Below, piece after piece: positions 59,043 through 64,000 of a stretch of 64,000 nt of DNA (the stretch's first letter is position 1; each line of letters begins with the position of its first letter). The DNA comes from Nitrosopumilus sp. Its GTDB lineage: Archaea; Thermoproteota; Nitrososphaeria; Nitrososphaerales; Nitrosopumilaceae. The notes beneath the pieces were generated by a model, which did no database searches, was not told the DNA's origin, and saw only the letters and a program-made list of their open reading frames with translations. The DNA lies in assembly GCA_965204345.1 (NCBI GenBank), contig OZ241981.1, positions 864,001 to 928,000 of the forward strand, in the 5' to 3' direction. A program made the position numbers and the translations under genes.

Positions 59043-59976
59043 GAGTGCAATAATTGAGATCTTTCAGAGGAAGCTAGTCAAGGCAAAATTTGAATCAGAA
59101 GATGTGGAAATCTTAAATTTGGGCAAAGCCAAGATTGTGGCAAAAACAGACACGATGGTGGAAAGTACAGACATTCCCTCAGGCATGAGATTATCTGATG
59201 CTGCAAGAAAAAGCGTCGTGGCATGTGTGAGTGATTTTGCCTCAAAGGGCGTCAAACCAAGCTACGGGATGATTTCAGTCAATCTTCCAAGAATGATTTC
59301 ACGCTCAAAAATCAATGAGATTGCCCTGGGTTTTAAGAAAGCATGCAATGAATTTGACATTTCAATTCTTGGAGGAGACACCAACGAGGGTAAAGAGATA
59401 GTGTTTAACGTATGCCTTTTTGGAATCACAGATACCATAGTTGCTAGAAGAAATTCAAAAAAAGGGAACCTGATATATGTAACAGGCCCGTTTGGGTATA
59501 CTACGGTGGGATTGGACATTCTTCTAAATAAGAAAAAAATAAGAGGAAACTTGGCAAATAAGGCAATCAGGTCAGTAGTCAGACCAAGACCAAGACTTGA
59601 TTTTGCCTTGGAAAACAAAAAATATTTTTCATCATCAATGGACTCTAGCGACGGCCTGTCTACAACATTAAATGAAATGTCAAGGCAAAGCAAAAATAAG
59701 TTTGTCATAAACAAAATTCCGATTCCAAAAGAGTTGGAAAAATTTGCACAGTCTCACAGATTAAACCAAAAAAACATGGTTTTTAACGGCGGTGAGGAAT
59801 ACGAGTTTGTATTTACAATAGAGCCAAAGCATAAAAAAACAATTCAAAAAAATGCAGCACTTTGCAGGATTCCAATTATGGAGATTGGGCATGTGACATC
59901 AGGTAAGGGGGTATACATACAGGAAAACAATCACATGATTCAGCTCAGGGACTCAGGATGGAAGCATTTTGGATAG
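59026..59976 (+). CDS. thiL: Thiamine-monophosphate kinase
   Basis: KTDTMVE, SDFASKG, LGGDTN, MDSSDGL, GGEEYE. Confidence 0.95.
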   Translation: MKRLDESAIIEIFQRKLVKAKFESEDVEILNLGKAKIVAKTDTMVESTDIPSGMRLSDAARKSVVACVSDFASKGVKPSYGMISVNLPRMISRSKINEIALGFKKACNEFDISILGGDTNEGKEIVFNVCLFGITDTIVARRNSKKGNLIYVTGPFGYTTVGLDILLNKKKIRGNLANKAIRSVVRPRPRLDFALENKKYFSSSMDSSDGLSTTLNEMSRQSKNKFVINKIPIPKELEKFAQSHRLNQKNMVFNGGEEYEFVFTIEPKHKKTIQKNAALCRIPIMEIGHVTSGKGVYIQENNHMIQLRDSGWKHFG

Positions 59977-59980
59977 CTAG

Positions 59981-60298
59981 TTATTCGCCATAGAAGATAT
60001 CCCTTTTGGCATCATTGGCAATTTGAAATACTGATTCAGGTGACAAAACATTAACACATTCTGTTATCCATAACTCATCAAGATGCATCAGGCGCTTAAA
60101 ATCATCATTTGGCAGATCATCAGGGTGTGAATCAGGATACAGCAAATGAATTCTATACCCTTCATTGGCAATTTCTTGACAATTTTTCTCCAGTGAGGAT
60201 AGCTCATCACTGTTCAGCGTCAGAAAATGAATTGCCACTGAGGCCATCAGGGCAGCTGCTATTGCTATCCCAATTGCCAAAAATAAGATTGATGCCAT
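59981..60298 (-). CDS. Membrane-anchored hypothetical protein
   Basis: N-terminal TM helix; start placed at ATG 60298. Confidence 0.75.
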   Translation of the reverse strand: MASILFLAIGIAIAAALMASVAIHFLTLNSDELSSLEKNCQEIANEGYRIHLLYPDSHPDDLPNDDFKRLMHLDELWITECVNVLSPESVFQIANDAKRDIFYGE

Positions 60299-60414
60299 GC
60301 AATGCAATCAGAGAAAAGTAGTATATGAATAGTCATTGATAATGACCAAATTTCCAAACTCAGGGAAATTCAGAAAATCAATGTATTTTAAACCCTTTAA
60401 GGTGTGAGTAGACG

Positions 60415-60984
60415 TTGTCAGAAGTCACGACTGAGGTTATAGAGGCAGAAGAAGAAGAGACTGTAACTCCGGCAGTAGAGGAGGAAAAAGTAGCAACAGA
60501 TACTCAAACTCCGGCAGTAGCAGAGGGGGAGGAAAAAGCAAAAGAAGAGTCAAAAGCAGTCACGGAGACAAAAACCCAGCCAGAGACAAAGAGAGAGGGC
60601 CCAGAAAAATGGGGAATTGCCCATATTTACAGCAGTTATAATAATACAATCATTCACATGACTGACCTTACAGGAGCCGAAACAGTCTCGATTAGTTCGG
60701 GAGGAATTCACGTCAATGCAGACAGATACGAGTCATCACCGTTTGCTGCAATGAAAGCAGTAAACGCAGTTGTAGAGTCTGCAAGAACAAAGGGATTCAC
60801 AGGATTTCACATCAGGGTCCGCGCTGTAGGCGGAGTCGGTTCCAGAGTTCCGGGTCTTGGTGCACAGGCTGCAATCAGAGCATTGGCAAGAGGCGGATTT
60901 AAGATTGGAAGAATTGACGATGTAACACCAATTCCTCATGATACCACCAGAAAGAAGGGTGGAAAAAGAGGAAGAAGGGTCTAG
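60415..60984 (+). CDS. rps11: 30S ribosomal protein uS11 with acidic N-terminal extension
   Basis: [35 protein letters not shown]. Confidence 0.97.
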   Translation: MSEVTTEVIEAEEEETVTPAVEEEKVATDTQTPAVAEGEEKAKEESKAVTETKTQPETKREGPEKWGIAHIYSSYNNTIIHMTDLTGAETVSISSGGIHVNADRYESSPFAAMKAVNAVVESARTKGFTGFHIRVRAVGGVGSRVPGLGAQAAIRALARGGFKIGRIDDVTPIPHDTTRKKGGKRGRRV

Positions 60985-61298
60985 CCAGATATTTTTATTG
61001 TAATATCACAACAGCGGCATTTAGAAACAAAGTAATCTGTCATAAACTTTGCAAATTTTTCAACACGATCATTTGCTTGGTATTTGATGATCATGTCAGA
61101 AAATTTTTCCTCAATTCCTGCTTGCAAGTTATCTTTGAAGGCTAGTTTAAAAAAAGTCCATCCAAACTTGGAGGATGGCTCACTTAATGCGTACCCGTTA
61201 TATCCGCCCGTAAGACTCTCCATATGAGACAATGCCTTTTTGATAGATAGCAAGTCATCAGCGTAGTTCTTTGTGCCTACCTCCAAAACAATGCTCAT
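60981..61298 (-). CDS. Hypothetical protein
   Basis: Intact ORF coupled to the upstream gene. Confidence 0.8.
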   Translation of the reverse strand: MSIVLEVGTKNYADDLLSIKKALSHMESLTGGYNGYALSEPSSKFGWTFFKLAFKDNLQAGIEEKFSDMIIKYQANDRVEKFAKFMTDYFVSKCRCCDITIKISG

Positions 61299-61729
61299 TG
61301 TTCTTTATCACCGCCATTCTCAGATGACTGGCTGCTGAGTTTGTCACTTAGGGATACAAGTTTTCCATCCTTTTCAACATTGATCCTTGTATCCATTCGG
61401 ACATTTAGCCCAACTGATCTAAACAGTGTCAACAACTTTCCTCCGTCAATGCCTTCATTGATTTCACCGTTTTTGATTAGTTCAGATAGCTTCTCTATAA
61501 TCATTTTAGACTCGCTTGGGAACTGAGACTCTGCATTTTCCAAGACCTCAAGGCCCCTAAATCCGAGTATTCTCAGAAGAGAGTCTCTTGGGTTTTCAGC
61601 AGGTGAATCATCAACATCCCCGGCAGGTTCTGCATTAGATAAAGTCTCTTGCTTTGTGGATATGTTTCTCTGCATCTCTGCAAGTCGTTTTGCCTTTAGC
61701 CTTTGAAGTTCAGAATCTTCTTCGCTCAA
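61295..61729 (-). CDS. PDCD5-like double-stranded DNA-binding protein
   Basis: DSELQRLKAKRLAEMQ N-terminus; coupled to rtcB. Confidence 0.75.
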   Translation of the reverse strand: MSEEDSELQRLKAKRLAEMQRNISTKQETLSNAEPAGDVDDSPAENPRDSLLRILGFRGLEVLENAESQFPSESKMIIEKLSELIKNGEINEGIDGGKLLTLFRSVGLNVRMDTRINVEKDGKLVSLSDKLSSQSSENGGDKEQ

Positions 61730-63174
61730 CCTTTTATCACACCAATAGGCACCAATTTTGCCACCTTTGTGGCAATTCCCAGATTATGAGATACGTCAAC
61801 TACAGAATCAACATCTTTGTAGGCTTGAGGGGTTTCTTCCACAACACCATCTCGGGTTAACGCTTTGATAAATATGCCCTTCTCATTGAGGGATTTTTTT
61901 ACATCTGCCTCAGTATAGTTTCGCCTGGCCTTGGATCTAGACATGGTTCTTCCTGCACCATGTGCAGTAGAGCCAAAACTCAAATCCATGGAATTTGCCT
62001 GTCCCAGCAAAATCCAGCTTGCAGTACCCATGGAACCGGGAACCAAGACAGGTTGGCCAATATCCCTGTATCTTGAGGGGATTTCACTGCGATTTGCAGG
62101 AAATGCCCGCGTAGCGCCCTTTCTGTGAACTACCAAGTTGCGATCCCTGCCATCAACCTTGTGTTTTTCCACCTTTGCAATGTTGTGAGCTACATCATAA
62201 ACTAGTTTCATATCAAGATCAGACTCGGACTGGTTGAAGACACGTTGAAATGAGTTTCTGGTCCAATGAGTCAGCATCTGTCTATTGCTCCACGCAAAAT
62301 TTAATGCCGAAAACATTGCCTTTCTGTAGGATTGGCCCTCTTCGGAGTTATTTGGAACGCATGCAAGTTCCCTGTCAGGCAAACTGATGTCATACTTTTC
62401 CATTGCCTGTTCGGAGACTCTGAGATAGTCACTGCACACCTGATGTCCGAATCCGCGGGAACCGCAATGAATCAAAACCGTGATTGTGCCTTGCTCTATT
62501 CCCATTCGCTTTGCTGCCTCCTCATCATGTATTTCTGCAACTTTTTGTACCTCAAGAAAATGATTTCCAGAACCCAGGCTTCCAAGCTGCGGTGCGCCCC
62601 TTTTTCTTGCCTTATCAGAAACCTTGTTTGGATCAGCATTTTGTATTTGACCATTCTCTTCACATACATCTGAGTCATCAGATGAACCATAACCGTGATC
62701 AATGGCCCAGTCCACGCCCCTTACTAAGACTTCGTCAAGTTCTGAATGGGTAAGCTTGACGGCACCCTTTGATCCCACTCCTGAAGGAATGGAACCAAAG
62801 AGATCGGTAACTAACTCTTTTAATTTTGAACGGACAGTCTGCTCTGACAAGTTTGAGCGAAGCAGCCTGACGCCACAATTGATGTCATAGCCGACGCCCC
62901 CGGGGCTGATCATTCCTTCCTCGGCATCCATAGCAGCAACTCCGCCTACAGGAAATCCATAGCCTTCGTGTCCATCAGGCAGCACGACACTGTGTCTCAC
63001 AATGCCAGGAATTGAAGCAACGTTTCGTGCCTGCATTATGGTTCTGTCTGATAGCATTTTTTGGACTAGCGGCTCATCAGCATAAATTCTTACAGGTACT
63101 CTCATGCCAAGATTCGAATCAGCATCGATTTGGTACTGGTTTTCACCGATTTTTCTGGGATTTGTAGAAGACAT
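61726..63174 (-). CDS. rtcB: tRNA-splicing ligase RtcB
   Basis: PDGHEGYGFPVG, GYDINCG, GSGNHF, HCGSRG, HRKGAT, STAHGAGR. Confidence 0.97.
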   Translation of the reverse strand: MSSTNPRKIGENQYQIDADSNLGMRVPVRIYADEPLVQKMLSDRTIMQARNVASIPGIVRHSVVLPDGHEGYGFPVGGVAAMDAEEGMISPGGVGYDINCGVRLLRSNLSEQTVRSKLKELVTDLFGSIPSGVGSKGAVKLTHSELDEVLVRGVDWAIDHGYGSSDDSDVCEENGQIQNADPNKVSDKARKRGAPQLGSLGSGNHFLEVQKVAEIHDEEAAKRMGIEQGTITVLIHCGSRGFGHQVCSDYLRVSEQAMEKYDISLPDRELACVPNNSEEGQSYRKAMFSALNFAWSNRQMLTHWTRNSFQRVFNQSESDLDMKLVYDVAHNIAKVEKHKVDGRDRNLVVHRKGATRAFPANRSEIPSRYRDIGQPVLVPGSMGTASWILLGQANSMDLSFGSTAHGAGRTMSRSKARRNYTEADVKKSLNEKGIFIKALTRDGVVEETPQAYKDVDSVVDVSHNLGIATKVAKLVPIGVIKG

Positions 63175-63264
63175 GTGGAGTATGGGTAAAAATTCCTTTC
63201 AATCCAATTTAAACCATCAGAAGATTTGTAAAACAATTTTAAATTAATCAAGAATAATCCAAGT

Positions 63265-63420
63265 ATGTTAGATGAGACAATAATCACACAAAAGGCAAAT
63301 GAATTGCTTGCAGAGTTGAGGGCAAATCCAGATTGGGCAATTGATAAAAAAAATTTCAAGCAGGGGTATCTCAAAGCTTTGGAATGGGTCTTACAAGACA
63401 CCGGAATTATAGAAAGATAA
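63265..63420 (+). CDS. Small hypothetical protein (51 aa; not in ORF track)
   Basis: MLDETIITQKANELLAELRANPDWAIDKKNFKQGYLKALEWVLQDTGIIER*; TTTTAAA box upstream. Confidence 0.7.
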   Translation: MLDETIITQKANELLAELRANPDWAIDKKNFKQGYLKALEWVLQDTGIIER

Positions 63421-63489
63421 CCGTCTTGGCTAATGCAATAAAGGCAGGTCAATGAAACAACTTATCTATGATTAAATAATTTTACATGC

Positions 63490-63690
63490 ATGGTAAGAGG
63501 AAAAATTTCCGAAAAAGAGAAGGAAAAGCAAAAGAATGAACATAAAATTAGAACAAGCGCATCCCGTGCTGCAAGACGAAGTGGAAAGCCCATCAAAAAA
63601 GAAGGCAAAGTTAGCAAGGCCAAAGCTAAAACAAGAGAAGCTAGGTCTTCAAAGAAGATTGCTGCTGTAAAAAAGAGAACAAGAAGTTAG
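63490..63690 (+). CDS. Small Lys/Arg-rich protein
   Basis: 66 aa, strongly basic; TATA-like sequence upstream. Confidence 0.7.
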   Translation: MVRGKISEKEKEKQKNEHKIRTSASRAARRSGKPIKKEGKVSKAKAKTREARSSKKIAAVKKRTRS

Positions 63691-63721
63691 ATTTATGTAC
63701 AAAGTCTAAAGAATAGAGGCG

Positions 63722-64000
63722 TTGGAAATTCTACCCATTGGCAATGGCCGTTACGGGACCAAGGAGATGATGGAAATTTTTAGTGAGCAAAAAAAGGTAG
63801 ATTATCAGCTGGAGGTTGAGGGCGCAGCTGCAATGTCCCAAAGTGAGATAGGCATGATCTCAAAAGGTGCAGGTAAAAAAATATTCAAGGCTGCAATGTC
63901 TGGAAAAATTACTGCAAAAAGAATCAAGCAGCTAGAAGCAAAAAGTGATCACGATACTGCCGCTTTGGTCCAATCACTAAGTGAAAAATGTCCCAAAGAT
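63722..64000 (+). CDS. purB: Adenylosuccinate lyase, 5' part (runs off the window)
   Basis: TTG start; MEILPIGNGRYGTKEMMEIFSE...EAKSDHDTAALV. Confidence 0.9.
   Translation, partial: MEILPIGNGRYGTKEMMEIFSEQKKVDYQLEVEGAAAMSQSEIGMISKGAGKKIFKAAMSGKITAKRIKQLEAKSDHDTAALVQSLSEKCPKD

Overview
Chromosomal segment of an ammonia-oxidising archaeon (Nitrososphaerota, Nitrosopumilus-like). This is inferred from the gene content: Nop5/fibrillarin, topoisomerase VI, RPC34/TFE-beta, a Ubl-Cgi121 fusion, a histone and a cupredoxin. Long blocks of intact housekeeping genes (pyrimidine and purine synthesis, rRNA/tRNA modification, ribosome biogenesis, ribosomal proteins, RtcB) are interrupted by four AT-rich, pseudogene-rich accessory islands. 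(A) 1-6.4 kb: two unrelated secreted proteins are transcribed divergently from a ~230-bp inverted-repeat promoter+signal-peptide cassette that flanks a decayed Schlafen/AlbA_2 gene. (B) ~36.0-37.6 kb: remnants. (C) ~41.6-46.3 kb: an intact fusion of a ribosomal protein eS27-like Zn ribbon to a PIN ribonuclease lies head-to-head with a 708-aa multi-wHTH/nucleotidyltransferase. This is the best candidate for an undescribed system. (D) 51.7-57.7 kb: a decayed element integrated at tRNA-Thr(CGU), bounded by a degenerate att repeat and carrying toxin-antitoxin/defence relics. Two tRNAs (Cys, Thr) and several small ORFs missing from the ORF track were found. No CRISPR array or rRNA was seen. All family assignments come from motif recognition by eye, not from database searches.
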